A stretch of 64,000 nt of DNA from an uncultured Thermoleophilia bacterium. Its GTDB lineage: Bacteria; Actinomycetota; Thermoleophilia; UBA2241. Made by a program: the position numbers and the translations under genes. Below, piece by piece: positions 38,116-48,255 of this stretch. Where the stretch lies: positions 500 to 64,499 of the forward strand of contig CAWCSR010000003.1 in assembly GCA_963798285.1 (NCBI GenBank). The letters run 5' to 3'. The stretch's first letter is position 1. Each line of letters starts with the position of its first letter. The notes beneath the pieces were generated by a model. It ran no database searches, was not told the origin of the DNA, and saw only the letters and a list, made by a program, of their open reading frames with translations.

Positions 38116-39513
38116 TCACATCCCCCGCCGCCACTCGAACGCGCCGCCGATGCTGATGCCGTCACCGGTGATGGTGAACTCGCGCATCACCGGGTCGTGA
38201 CTGCTCGCCCTGGTCTTCACGACCGCGATCGCTCGTTTGACCTCGGTGTCCTCGCGCACGTAGCTGAGCAGGACGACGTTGTCCGACATGTGGCTGATGC
38301 CGAAGCGCGTGTACAGCGTGGTCGAGAACAGGTCGCTGATCTCGTGCGTCATGAGCGTCGAAACGCCGTTCACGGCGAGATGCTGGGTGAGCGCGTAGAT
38401 GAAGTCCCGGAAGCGCTCCTCGTCGCCCGCCGCCGCGAGGTCGTTGAGGCTGTCGATCATGACGCGCTGGGTCCCCTCGCTCAGCGCGGTCTTGTTCAGC
38501 CGCCCGACCAGCTCGTCGATGTACGTCCCGACGGGCGACATGTAGAGCAGCGTCAGCATGCCGGCGTCGATGGCCTCCTGGAGGTCCCAGCCGAAGCCGG
38601 CGACGATGCGCTGCAACTGCGTGGGGTTCTCCTGCATGGTCGCGATGAGCCCCTTCTCGCCGCGCTCGATGCCCTTGAAGATGAAGTGGAGCCCGAGCAG
38701 CGTCTTGCCGCTGCCGGGCGGCCCGAAGATGATCGTCGAGCTGCCCTTCCACAGGCCGTCCGAGAGCATGACGTCGAGGGCCTCCACGCCGGTCGAAGAC
38801 CGTGAGGTGGCCAGTTCGTAGCTGATGGGCGTCTCGGGAGTGGTAAGGCGCGGGAAGAGCTCGAGTCCGTCCTCGTCGATGCGGAACGCGTGCTCGCCCA
38901 CGGCGAACCCACTGCCGCGCAGCTTGCTGACGCGCAGGTAGCGCACGTCGGTGGTGCCCTGCTTCTTGAGCACGAGCTCGACGATGCTGTCCACGACCGC
39001 GAATTCCGGCAGCGTTGCGATCTCGTCCGACGCGTACTCGCCGACGAAGAACGAGGTGATCGCCAGCGACGAGAGCACTCCGGCCAGCAGCGAGAGCGCT
39101 GTGCGGAACTCCGTCACCGACGACGAGAACGCGTGCAGCGCCTTGAAGCTGTCGATGACCAGCATCCCGGGCCGCTGCTCTTTGATCATGTCGACGATCC
39201 GGTCGATGGTGGCCTGCAGGCCGAGAGTGCGGAGCGTCTCGCTGAGATCCTCGTAGATCAGCGCCTCACCCACCTTCTCGACGTCGCAGAAGCTGAACGC
39301 CTGCACGTACCGCAGCATGCGGTCGAGGGGCTCGGAGACCGTGGAGAGGAACAGCGCCGGCCGTTCCGGAGTGGCGTTGTGAAAGGCGATGCCCTGGGCC
39401 AGCACCGTCTTGCCGGTGCCGGGAAGGCCCATGATCAGGTTGGTCGAGTTGAGGTGGTAGCCGCCGCCGAGGATCCGGTCGAGAGCCTCATTGCCGCTGC
39501 CGATGCGCTCCAT
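38116..39513 (-). CDS. KaiC-like double-domain RecA-fold ATPase
   Basis: Two Walker A motifs (GLPGTGKT, GPPGSGKT), LVIDS/VMIDS, KLRGS and KTRAS arginine-finger motifs. Confidence 0.9.
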   Translation of the reverse strand: MERIGSGNEALDRILGGGYHLNSTNLIMGLPGTGKTVLAQGIAFHNATPERPALFLSTVSEPLDRMLRYVQAFSFCDVEKVGEALIYEDLSETLRTLGLQATIDRIVDMIKEQRPGMLVIDSFKALHAFSSSVTEFRTALSLLAGVLSSLAITSFFVGEYASDEIATLPEFAVVDSIVELVLKKQGTTDVRYLRVSKLRGSGFAVGEHAFRIDEDGLELFPRLTTPETPISYELATSRSSTGVEALDVMLSDGLWKGSSTIIFGPPGSGKTLLGLHFIFKGIERGEKGLIATMQENPTQLQRIVAGFGWDLQEAIDAGMLTLLYMSPVGTYIDELVGRLNKTALSEGTQRVMIDSLNDLAAAGDEERFRDFIYALTQHLAVNGVSTLMTHEISDLFSTTLYTRFGISHMSDNVVLLSYVREDTEVKRAIAVVKTRASSHDPVMREFTITGDGISIGGAFEWRRGM

Positions 39514-40190
39514 CACACAGCTCCCTTCTTCGGCGGACCCGCCGACGGCGTTCTCGCCAGGGTGGCCCTGACGAGGTCGATCAGCGCCGGCTGCTCCAGC
39601 GGCCGGAGGAGAAACGCATCCGCGCCGGCCGCGAGTGCCCGCTCACGCACGTCCAGCATGCTGAACACCACGATGGGGATGACGGCCGTCCGGGGGTCCG
39701 CCTTGAGTTGCCGGCACACCTGCAGGCCGCTCACCCCGGGCAGGATGATGTCGGTGATGATGAGGTCCGGAAGCAGCTCGACCGCCTTCTGGACGGCGGT
39801 GCGGCCGTCGAGCACCACGTGCACCTCGTAGCCTTCGCTGCGCAGGAAGTAGCTCTCGAGCTCGGCGGTGATGGGATCGTGTTCCGTCACCATGATCATG
39901 ACGGCGCCGCGCCGCTCGGCCTCGCGGGCGGCCTCCCCGATCCGGCCCTGTTCCCGCTGAAGCAGGCGATGGGCGACGCTCGGCTGGACGCCCTCGTCGA
40001 TCTTCGCCTTGAGCCAGCGCAGCCGCGCAATGTCGTCCTGGCTGTAGAGCCTGTGGCCACCTTCGGTGCGGTAGGGACGCACGACACCGAAGGTCTTCTC
40101 CCACGAACGCAGTGTGGTCACGGGGATGCCGGTCATCTCGCTGGCGGCAGCGATCGCGTAGATGCCGACTTCGGACTCGGACTGTTCCAC
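39513..40190 (-). CDS. MerR-type HTH fused to a receiver (REC) domain
   Basis: TLRSWE..YRTEGGHRLYSQDDI; PDLIITDIILPGVSG...AGADAFL. Confidence 0.88.
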   Translation of the reverse strand: MEQSESEVGIYAIAAASEMTGIPVTTLRSWEKTFGVVRPYRTEGGHRLYSQDDIARLRWLKAKIDEGVQPSVAHRLLQREQGRIGEAAREAERRGAVMIMVTEHDPITAELESYFLRSEGYEVHVVLDGRTAVQKAVELLPDLIITDIILPGVSGLQVCRQLKADPRTAVIPIVVFSMLDVRERALAAGADAFLLRPLEQPALIDLVRATLARTPSAGPPKKGAV

Positions 40191-40326
40191 GCCTCACCTC
40201 ACAGTGAACGGGCTGGCTCGACAGTGGCTTGAGAAACCTGCAGCGACCTCCAGCTAGTCTAGACAGAACCTCGAGAGACTCGCAAGAGTAATCCTCGCGA
40301 TGAGGCGCACGGACGCGGCCAGGGCG

Positions 40327-41001
40327 TCAGGAGCCGGCGAGGTCGCCTGCGTTTTCGCCCTCGGCGGCGGCGCGGACGATCGCCGCCGCCACCGCCGCGT
40401 CGCCCTTCTTCTCCGCGGCCGCGCCGCCGGGCAGAAAGACGGCGGCCACCTTGACCGCCAGGACGGCGAGCTGGGCCGGGTCGTCCGGCACGGCGCCGCC
40501 GGGGAACGCGGCCGCGTGCCCGCGGATCCAGTGCGCCGCGGCCCGGACGGCGGCGAGCCCGTCGCGGTCGTGCGGCGCCGGGCAGTCGAAGCGCCAGCGC
40601 CACGCCCGCCGCGAGATCTGCTCGCGGTCGGCGTCGACGCCGGCCGCGGCGAACACGCGGCAGTCGTAGGTGCGGCAGGTGAGCGGCCGGTGTTCGTAGA
40701 TGGTGCACCGGCCGCCGTCGTCCAGCATCGGGCAGCGGCCGCGCCGGTCGTAGCCCAGCACGACGTGGCCCGCCGGCATGCCCGGAGCGGGGAACCGCAG
40801 GTCCGGCGGGATGTGCGCGAGCGCGTCCGCCTCCAGAGGACCGACGTGCACGAAGTGCGCCGTGGCGCAGCACGCACAGCAGTCGCCGCAGGGCACGTCG
40901 GCGTCCGCCTCGTGCCGCAGCGCCGCCCGCATCTCCTCGAGCCAAGCGCCGCCGGCGCCGGCGGCGAGGTCGTTCGGGCGGCTGTCTCTCGCGTCGCTCA
41001 C
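40327..41001 (-). CDS. YkgJ-family cysteine-cluster protein, copy 2
   Basis: PCGDCCACC...CPML...CTIYEHRPLTCRTYDC; start uncertain. Confidence 0.85.
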   Translation of the reverse strand: MSDARDSRPNDLAAGAGGAWLEEMRAALRHEADADVPCGDCCACCATAHFVHVGPLEADALAHIPPDLRFPAPGMPAGHVVLGYDRRGRCPMLDDGGRCTIYEHRPLTCRTYDCRVFAAAGVDADREQISRRAWRWRFDCPAPHDRDGLAAVRAAAHWIRGHAAAFPGGAVPDDPAQLAVLAVKVAAVFLPGGAAAEKKGDAAVAAAIVRAAAEGENAGDLAGS

Positions 41002-41062
41002 GAAGGTGACGTTGCCGCTGCGGAGGCGGCGCGTCAAGCCGGCGGCGCAGCGCCGGCCGGCT

Positions 41063-41536
41063 TCACTCCCCGTCGTGCGCGCGCTTCAGACCGGCGATGT
41101 CCAGCTTCTTCATCTGGAGCATCGCCTGCATCGTGCGGCCGGCCTTCTCGGCGTCCGGGTCGCTCATGTACTCGCCCAGCTGCCGCGGCACGATCTGCCA
41201 GGAGACGCCGAACCGGTCCTTGAGCCAGCCACACTGCTGGGCTTCCGGCGGTCCGCCTTCGGAGAGCCGGTCCCAGTACCGGTCGACCTCCTCCTGCGTG
41301 TCGCAGTCCACCACGAACGAGACGGCCGGAGTGAAAGAGTACTCGGGCCCGCCGTTCAGGGCAGTGAAGCGCTGCCCGGCGAGCGTGAACTCCACGACGA
41401 GGGGATCGCCGTCGGGGGTGCGGCCGACGTGGCCGATCTCCGCGTCCTCGAAGATCGAGGTGTACAGACGCGCCGCCTCTTCGGCGTCGCCGTCGAACCA
41501 CAGCATAGGGGTGATCTTCTGCGTGAGCCTGGGCAT
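41063..41536 (-). CDS. VOC/PhnB-like protein
   Basis: QKITPMLWFDGDAEEA, ALNGGP, CGWLKDRFGVSWQIVP. Confidence 0.92.
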   Translation of the reverse strand: MPRLTQKITPMLWFDGDAEEAARLYTSIFEDAEIGHVGRTPDGDPLVVEFTLAGQRFTALNGGPEYSFTPAVSFVVDCDTQEEVDRYWDRLSEGGPPEAQQCGWLKDRFGVSWQIVPRQLGEYMSDPDAEKAGRTMQAMLQMKKLDIAGLKRAHDGE

Positions 41537-41597
41537 GGAGCCTCCTGAAGTCGCTGCCGTGGTTGTTCCACGGAAGGCGGCGGGACAGGCATCCCGC

Positions 41598-42239
41598 CTA
41601 CGACCCGCGCACCCGCGGTGCGTCGAGTTGAAGCCTGAGGACGGCGTCACGCAACTGCGTGGCCATGGCTGCGTAGGCAGCCTTCCCGCGCGGCGCGCCG
41701 TCCCAGACGAGGGGCGCGCCGATAGCGACGAAGATCCAAGGCCAGTGGAGACGTCCGCCGGCCCACAGCTGCTCCGCACCGGAGATGGCCACCGGCACCA
41801 CCGGTGCTCCACTGTGGGCGGCGAGAAAGGCCACGCCGGAGCGGAAGGCGAGCGGTGCTTCCTGGCGATAGAGGTCCCCTTCCCCGAACAGCACGACGAC
41901 GCCGCCCGCGGCCAGGACGGCGAGGGCCTTCTCGAGCGCCGCCCTGTCGGGCGATCCCTTGTGGACGGGGATGGCCGCCAGACGCTCGATGACCGGGCCG
42001 ACGAAGCCCCTGCGGAACTGCACGACGTCCGCCAGGAAGTGAAGCGTGCGCGGGATCGTGACGCCGAGCAGGATCGGGTCGACGTCGCTGGGGTGGTTGG
42101 ACACGACGATGGCCGGCCCGGCCGCGGGCACATGGCCGGCCCCACGCACGCGGACGCGCCCGTAGACCGTGACGGCGCTCACGAGCAGGATGCGCGCCAC
42201 GACGTACAGCCACGGGTCCGTTGAGACGCGCAGCTTCAC
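41598..42239 (-). CDS. Lysophospholipid acyltransferase (PlsC family)
   Basis: SNHPSDVDP (NHx4D), FGEG, APVVPVAI. Confidence 0.85.
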   Translation of the reverse strand: MKLRVSTDPWLYVVARILLVSAVTVYGRVRVRGAGHVPAAGPAIVVSNHPSDVDPILLGVTIPRTLHFLADVVQFRRGFVGPVIERLAAIPVHKGSPDRAALEKALAVLAAGGVVVLFGEGDLYRQEAPLAFRSGVAFLAAHSGAPVVPVAISGAEQLWAGGRLHWPWIFVAIGAPLVWDGAPRGKAAYAAMATQLRDAVLRLQLDAPRVRGS

Positions 42240-42302
42240 GCAGGCAGCCCGCCGTCTACCCGGTCATACAATCCGGTCGGGACTCGACACTGGAGGAGAC
42301 CG

Positions 42303-42710
42303 ATGGCACATCGCTTCCTGACCGCCCTGCGGGGCACCCGCTCCGCGGTCGCCGTGAGCGCCGGAGCCACCGTGGCCCTCGTCCTCGCCCTCGCCGTCGT
42401 GAACCAGGCGGTCAACGTCGGCGCGACCGCCTGCTTCGCCGCCTCCGCCCACGCCGAACGCTTCCGCACCTTCCTCTTCTGGCAGGTGATCGGCGGCATC
42501 TTCGGCCTCGGCGTGCAGCTGAGCTTCGCGGGGCTCGTCCGCTTCTGGTCGCTCACGGCCGCCAACGTCATCGGCATCGGGGTGGCCTTCGTCTCGGCAC
42601 AGGTGTTCGCCGCGTACCTCCTCTTCAACGAGTCATTCCAGGCGCCGCAGTGGCTCGGCACGGCGCTCGTCTTCGTCGGCCTCGTGCTCGTCGCCGCCGG
42701 GCATCGCTGA
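42303..42710 (+). CDS. Small 4-TM membrane protein (DMT/SMR-like)
   Basis: Four hydrophobic helices; LFNESF...QWLG..LV..G ending. Confidence 0.7.
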   Translation: MAHRFLTALRGTRSAVAVSAGATVALVLALAVVNQAVNVGATACFAASAHAERFRTFLFWQVIGGIFGLGVQLSFAGLVRFWSLTAANVIGIGVAFVSAQVFAAYLLFNESFQAPQWLGTALVFVGLVLVAAGHR

Positions 42711-44004
42711 GGCGGCGCCCACCGGGTCGCTCGCCATCTCCATACCCATCGATCGCAGAGACGGGACGAACCACGCCCGTGCCACGACCACGGTCAGCAG
42801 CGCGGCGGCGCCGACGAACAGCGCCGTCAGGCTCCAGGACGCGACCGCTCCCGACAAGGCCTGAGACACCGGCACCAGCCCGACCGAGGCGAAGATGATG
42901 AGGCTCATCATGCGTCCCATGAGCCGCTGCGGCGTGCGCGCCTGCACCCAGGTGAAGAACGAGACCGCGAGGTAGCCGGCCGCGAATCCCATGAAGGCGG
43001 CCGGCACCAGGGCCGCGACCAGAGACCGCGCGAATCCGAGGACGACGAGGCCGGCGCCGAAGACGGCGCACACGCCCAGCAGCACGTGCCCCATGAGCGC
43101 CGCCGGAGGACGCCGCCCGGCGCCGGCTACGGCCAGTCCCGCCAGGGAACCGCCTCCGAACGCCGACATGATGGCGCCGTAGTCCTGGGCGCCGCCGGGC
43201 AGCCGCTGGGCCGCCAGCGCCGGTACGCCGACGAGGAGCGGCCCGACGGCCAGGAAGTTGACCGCGAGCACCAGCAGCAGCAGGACGCGGAGCAGCGGGT
43301 CGGCCCACATGTAGGCGAGGCCCTCCTTGATCGACGTCCAGAGGCCGGCGGGCTCACTCACGGCGTCCCCGCCGTCCGGCGCGCCGGCGGCCGGCCCGCG
43401 CTCCGCGCGTCCACGCGCATCAGCGTCAGGAGGGAGATGGAGACCGCGAACGTGACGGCGTCGATGGCCAGAGCGACGCCTATCCCGTCCTGTCCCAAGC
43501 TGCCTGCCGCCGCTTGCGCGATGAGCAGCCCGGCGAGGATCGGGCCGACGAACTGCGCCACCTGGTCGAGCCCCTGGATGAAGGCGTTGGCGCCGGACAG
43601 CTGGTCGGTGGAGGCGAGCTGCGGGACGATGGCCGTCTGCGCCGGATAGAAGAACCCGTCGGCGACCCCGTAGGCGGCGGCCAGGACGAACAGCATCCAG
43701 GTCTGCACCACCCCGCCGAACACGAGGCGTGCCGAGCGTGGTCACGATGGCCAGCCGGGCGACGTTGGAGGCGATCATGACGCGGCGCGGCGAGAAGCGG
43801 TCGGTGACCGCGCCGCCGACCAGCATGAACGCCGCGCGAGGAATGCCCTGGAGGGCGAGCACGACTCCCAGCACGACGGTGCTCGAGGTGAGCTCCAGCA
43901 CCAGCCAGGGGAGCGCGATGAAGTAGAACTGGTCCCCCAGCAGCGAGACTCCCTCGCCGGTGAAGAGCAGCCGAAAGTCGCGTATCTTGAGAACGCTCGA
44001 TCAT
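42633..44004 (-). CDS. MFS transporter (frameshifted; ends approximate)
   Basis: RDFRLLFTGEGVSLLGDQF, GGAVTDRFSPRRVM, FFYPAQTAIVPQL, LMGRMMS. Confidence 0.85.
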
Positions 44005-44070
44005 GCGCGGAGCCACCCGGTCCTCGCGGGCTTTCCGTACTACCTTTCCCCGTGCGACTCTATCGGAGTG

Positions 44071-44775
44071 ATGCGCTTGACCGACATCCGAGAAGTCCGG
44101 GACTTCGTCAGAGCCCTGTCCGCCCACCCGCTGCTCGCGTGGGCGACGGCCTTCTTCGCCGGCGTCGCCGTGCTCGGCGTGCTCTACTTCTTCGCCGCGG
44201 TCTCGGCCGCCGAAGTACTACGGCCCATGTACGACCCCATCCAGCGGACCATCAGCGAACTCTCGGTCGGACGTTACGGGTTCCTGCAGATCTCGGCGTT
44301 CTGCGCCCTGGGGGTCAGCCTGATAGCACTGCCGGTAAGCCTCCGCAAGCGACTCAGAGCGACGCTCACTTCGCGGCTGGGCCTGTTCCTGATCCTGGTC
44401 TGCGGAGTCAGCTCGTTCGTGGCTGCGGCGTTCCCGACCGACCTGCGCAACGCCGTAGCGACTGAGAGCGGCGAGATCCACCAGCTCTCGGCCAGTGTCG
44501 GCTACGGCTGCCTGATCACGGCGATGCTGTTGCTGTCCTGGCACTTCCGCCGGGACAAGCCGTGGCGGTCGTTCCACCTCACGTCGTCGGGACTCACGCT
44601 CGTCGGGCTCGCCATGCTGCTCACGATGGCGGCCACGGGCAACAGCGACATCGCGGGACTGCTGCAGAGGATCATGGCCGTGACCGTGCTCACCTGGGTC
44701 GCGCTGACGGGAGTGCACGGCGGCCGGCTGGCGCTCGCGGCGCGGCCGGCGCGCGAGGCCCGGCGGCAGGACTGA
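44071..44775 (+). CDS. DUF998-like membrane protein
   Basis: YDPIQRTISELS.G, AFPTD, HQLSA, GLLQR. Confidence 0.75.
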   Translation: MRLTDIREVRDFVRALSAHPLLAWATAFFAGVAVLGVLYFFAAVSAAEVLRPMYDPIQRTISELSVGRYGFLQISAFCALGVSLIALPVSLRKRLRATLTSRLGLFLILVCGVSSFVAAAFPTDLRNAVATESGEIHQLSASVGYGCLITAMLLLSWHFRRDKPWRSFHLTSSGLTLVGLAMLLTMAATGNSDIAGLLQRIMAVTVLTWVALTGVHGGRLALAARPAREARRQD

Positions 44776-44778
44776 CTC

Positions 44779-47700
44779 TCAGCCGGGCGCGAGCTCGTCC
44801 GGGCTGAGGGCGCGGCCGGCGGCGGCCGCCGCGCCGATCTCACGACGCGCCTCCGCCCGCAGCTCATCGTCGACCGGCACGGAGACCACGAGGCCGCCGG
44901 CGCGCGCGGCGACGAAGCACACCTCCCGCACACTGCCCTCGCCGAGGACGGCCTCGGCGGCGAGCGCGTAGGCGGCGCCCTGCGGCCGGTAGCGGCTCAG
45001 CAGCACGCCGGGCTCTGCGGCGCGGTCGGTCTTGTAGTCGACCACGACCCAGGCGTCGCCGCTGCGAAACAGCAGGTCGATGGCGCCCGAGACGATCACC
45101 TCGTCCACGAGAAAGCCGACCTGGATCTCGCGGTACACCGCTTGCGGCCGAGCGGCCGCGTCGGCGGCGGCCCGCACGGGTGCGGCCCGCCAGCAGGCCA
45201 GCGCCAGCTCGGCCGCCTCGCCGGCGAGGTCGGGTCGCTCCAGCTCGGCGGCGACGGCCGCCGCGACGGTGACGACCGAGGCCTCATCCACCAGATCGCA
45301 GAGCTCCATGATGCGGTGGACGGCCGAGCCCAGCGCCAGCGCCCTGGCTCGGCCGGCCGGGGCGCCAGGACCGCCTGCGCTCACCGCCTGGTCCACGTGC
45401 TCGAGGCCGCTCGGGCTGGTCGCCGGAGCCGGACGCTTTGCGCGCTCGATCACCGCGTCCCGCCGCTCGCGCCAGACGCGACGCGCGCCCGCGAGGTCCC
45501 GGTCGTCGGGCGCGCCGTCCTGTTCGTCGAGGGCGGGCGGCACGCGCGCCGGCAACACGAGCAGGCCGTCATCCTCGTACTCCTCGGCGATCGCACCCGG
45601 CGAGGGCAACGCGGCCGCGATGGGACCGAGCAGCACTGCCGCGGGCGATCCGTCTTTGTTGGTGAGGCGCCCGAAGCACGTGATGACGAGGCGATCGCGG
45701 GCGCGGGTGGCGGCCACGTACAGAAGCCGGCGCGCTTCGCTCGCCTCCATGCGCTTCTCGCGCTCCTTGAGCGCCGTGTACCGCTGCGGCTCGAGGTCAC
45801 GCGCCGGCGCCCCGGGAAGCTCGGCCTTGAGCTTGATCGCCAGCCGCCGCTCCTCCCGGTCCACGATCGGATCGCTGCTCCCCCCGCCCCCTGAGAGCGC
45901 TCCGCCGACGAGGATGACGATGGGGTACTCGAGGCCCTTCGCCTTGTGGATCGTGAGCAGGTGCACCACGTCGCCCTCGTCGTCCACCTGCGACTCCTGC
46001 TCCCCGGCGGCGTCGCCGGCCTCGGCCGCCCAAGCGAGGAACGCCCCGAGGCCGCCCCCGCCCGCTCCGGAGAAGGCGCGGGCGCGGTCGACGAGCTTCT
46101 CCAGGTTGGCGATGGCCTGGGCTCCGCCCGAGCCGGTGGCGGCGAGGAACTCGGAGGCGCGGGCGAGCCGCACGAGCTCGGCGGCGAGCTCATGAGGCTC
46201 GCTCGCCGCGCGGCGCTCGTGCAGCCGGCGGAGCGTCGCGAGCGCCACGCCGACCGCCGCGTGCGCCTGCGGCTGCGCGGCGAAGAGGTCGAACCGTCCG
46301 CCGCCGGCCCAGAAGAGGAACAGCTCGTCGTCGCTGAAGCCGAAGAACGACGAGTGCAGCGCCCCGTACACGGCGGGCCCGTCGCTCGGGTCGTCTACGG
46401 CGCGCAGGCAGAGCAGCGCATCGTCGACCTCGCGCCGGCTGAAGTAGGCCTTGCCGCCGTCCACGCGGTACGGCACGCCGGCCTCGCGGAACGCCTGCTC
46501 GTAGGTCTCGAGGCCGGTGGTCGCGCGGAAGAGCAGGGCGACGTCGCCCCAGTGCGGCGGGCGCGACGGCTCGGCCTCGCCGGCGCCGAGGCTGTCGGCC
46601 GCGCGGTCCTGGACGCCCCAGCGCTCCTGCTCCTCGCCGTGCATGCCCAGCAGGAGCGCGGCCAGCGCCTGCGCCTCGGCCTGCCGCGCCGCGTCCGCAG
46701 CCCCCGCGGCGGAGCCGAAGTCGTCACCCAGGAGCACGGACGACACGCGGACCGTCGGCCCGGGGGCGGAACGGCTCGACCCACTGGTACCCCGGCTGAC
46801 GACCCTCCTCCCGGTCCTCGTCGAACACGTCGGCGAAGACGTTGTTGACCCACTGCACGACCGCCGGGCGTGGTGCGGAAGTTCTGGCGGATGACCTCCA
46901 GCGCCCCGGTCCCTCCGGGCTGGCCGGCGACCTGGCGCTTGACCTGGTCGTACATGCCGATGTCCGCGCGACGGAAGCGGTAGATCGACTGCTTGGGGTC
47001 GCCGACGACGAACAGCTTGCCGGGCTCGAGGACCGTCTTCCGCCAGTCGGCGGCCGCGGGCTCCCGCTCGCAGAGGAGGAAGACGATCTCCGCCTGCAGC
47101 GGGTCGGTGTCCTGGAACTCGTCGACGAGCAGGTAGCGGAAGCGCGCCTGCAGCGCCGCCCGGGCGGCGAGGTCCCGCACCAGCAGGTCGCGCAGGCAGC
47201 CGAGCAGGTCGGTGAAGTCGAGGCGGCCGAGGGCGAGCTGGGTCTCGGCCGCCCAGCGCGAGAACGCGTCGGCGACGGACACGGCGAGCGTGGTGAGGAA
47301 GGCCGACGTAGGCCTCCCTGGCCGCGAGCACCTCGGCGACCGCCTCGCGGTAGCGCGTCTGCAGCTCGTCCTTGCCGCCGTGCGCCTGGCTCCAGTTGCC
47401 TTTGGCGCCGCCGGGGGCGGTGGGCGTCGCCTTGACCGGGAGGGCAAAGAACGCGGCGGCGAGCTGGTCGACGTCGTCCGGAGGACGATCCGCCAGCGTG
47501 CGGCCGGCGTCGACCAGATCCATGGCGGCGACGCAGCCTTTGTCGTCGGGCTTGCTGCACGCGACCGAACAGAAAGACGCCAGCCGGTCCAGGGCCGCGA
47601 CCAGCCCGGGGAGCGCCGACCGGAGGTCCGGCTCGGGCAGCGACGCCGGCTCCGGGTCGAGGTCGTAGCGCTCACCGAAGACCCCCCTGGGGCCCACGGC

Positions 47701-48255
47701 GAGCGTGCGCAGCCACTCGAGCCGCACGCCGGCGCGCAGCAGCCGCGACAGCCCTCGCCGCGTCGCCCCCGCCGCCGGGTCGCCCGCGGCGAGCTCGCCG
47801 AGCCACTCCTCCCACAGCCGGCCCCGCTCGAGGTCCGACCCCAGCGCGTCGAGCTGCTCGAAGGCGGGATCGACCTCGGCCTCGACCGGGAACTCGCGCA
47901 GCAGCCGGCCCGCGAATCCGTGGATGGTGCTGATGGGCGCGTCGTCGAGCGCGTCGAGCGCGCCCTGGATGACGGCTGTCTGCGCGGCGTCACCGGCGGT
48001 GGCGGCGGCCAGCCGCTCGAACTCCTCGCGGACGCGCTGACGGAGCTCTCCGGCGGCCTTCTCGGTGAAGGTGATGGCCGCCACAGTGCGGACGTCGCCC
48101 GTGCCCCGCTCCGGGTCGAGGACGCAGCTCACGTACCGGTCGACGAGCACGCGGGTCTTGCCGGTGCCCGCCCCGGCCTCGAGGAGGAACGTGGTCCCGA
48201 GGTCCGTGGTGACCCGGTCGCGGACGTCCTGGTCGCAGACGCGGCGCTCAGACAT
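44779..48255 (-). CDS. addA: AddA-like UvrD helicase/nuclease (internal frameshifts)
   Basis: EAGAGTGKT, ITFTEKAA, VDEFQDTD, VGDPKQSIYRFR, TIHKAKGLE, LYVAATRA, GAIDL...VDYKT. Confidence 0.88.
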   Translation of the reverse strand: MSERRVCDQDVRDRVTTDLGTTFLLEAGAGTGKTRVLVDRYVSCVLDPERGTGDVRTVAAITFTEKAAGELRQRVREEFERLAAATAGDAAQTAVIQGALDALDDAPISTIHGFAGRLLREFPVEAEVDPAFEQLDALGSDLERGRLWEEWLGELAAGDPAAGATRRGLSRLLRAGVRLEWLRTLAVGPRGVFGERYDLDPEPASLPEPDLRSALPGLVAALDRLASFCSVACSKPDDKGCVAAMDLVDAGRTLADRPPDDVDQLAAAFFALPVKATPTAPGGAKGNWSQAHGGKDELQTRYREAVAEVLAAREAYVGLPHHARRVRRRRVLALGGRDPARPRPPRLHRPARLPARPAGAGPRRPGGAAGALPLPARRRVPGHRPAAGGDRLPPLRAGARGRRLAEDGPRARQAVRRRRPQAVDLPLPSRGHRHVRPGQAPGRRPARRDRGAGGHPPELPHHARRSCSGSTTSSPTCSTRTGRRVVSRGTSGSSRSAPGPTVRVSSVLLGDDFGSAAGAADAARQAEAQALAALLLGMHGEEQERWGVQDRAADSLGAGEAEPSRPPHWGDVALLFRATTGLETYEQAFREAGVPYRVDGGKAYFSRREVDDALLCLRAVDDPSDGPAVYGALHSSFFGFSDDELFLFWAGGGRFDLFAAQPQAHAAVGVALATLRRLHERRAASEPHELAAELVRLARASEFLAATGSGGAQAIANLEKLVDRARAFSGAGGGGLGAFLAWAAEAGDAAGEQESQVDDEGDVVHLLTIHKAKGLEYPIVILVGGALSGGGGSSDPIVDREERRLAIKLKAELPGAPARDLEPQRYTALKEREKRMEASEARRLLYVAATRARDRLVITCFGRLTNKDGSPAAVLLGPIAAALPSPGAIAEEYEDDGLLVLPARVPPALDEQDGAPDDRDLAGARRVWRERRDAVIERAKRPAPATSPSGLEHVDQAVSAGGPGAPAGRARALALGSAVHRIMELCDLVDEASVVTVAAAVAAELERPDLAGEAAELALACWRAAPVRAAADAAARPQAVYREIQVGFLVDEVIVSGAIDLLFRSGDAWVVVDYKTDRAAEPGVLLSRYRPQGAAYALAAEAVLGEGSVREVCFVAARAGGLVVSVPVDDELRAEARREIGAAAAAGRALSPDELAPG

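Noticed and set aside
38116-39513. Circadian clock gene kaiC
   Set aside because: No kaiA or kaiB is present, and the canonical ST phosphosites and EE motifs are not conserved.
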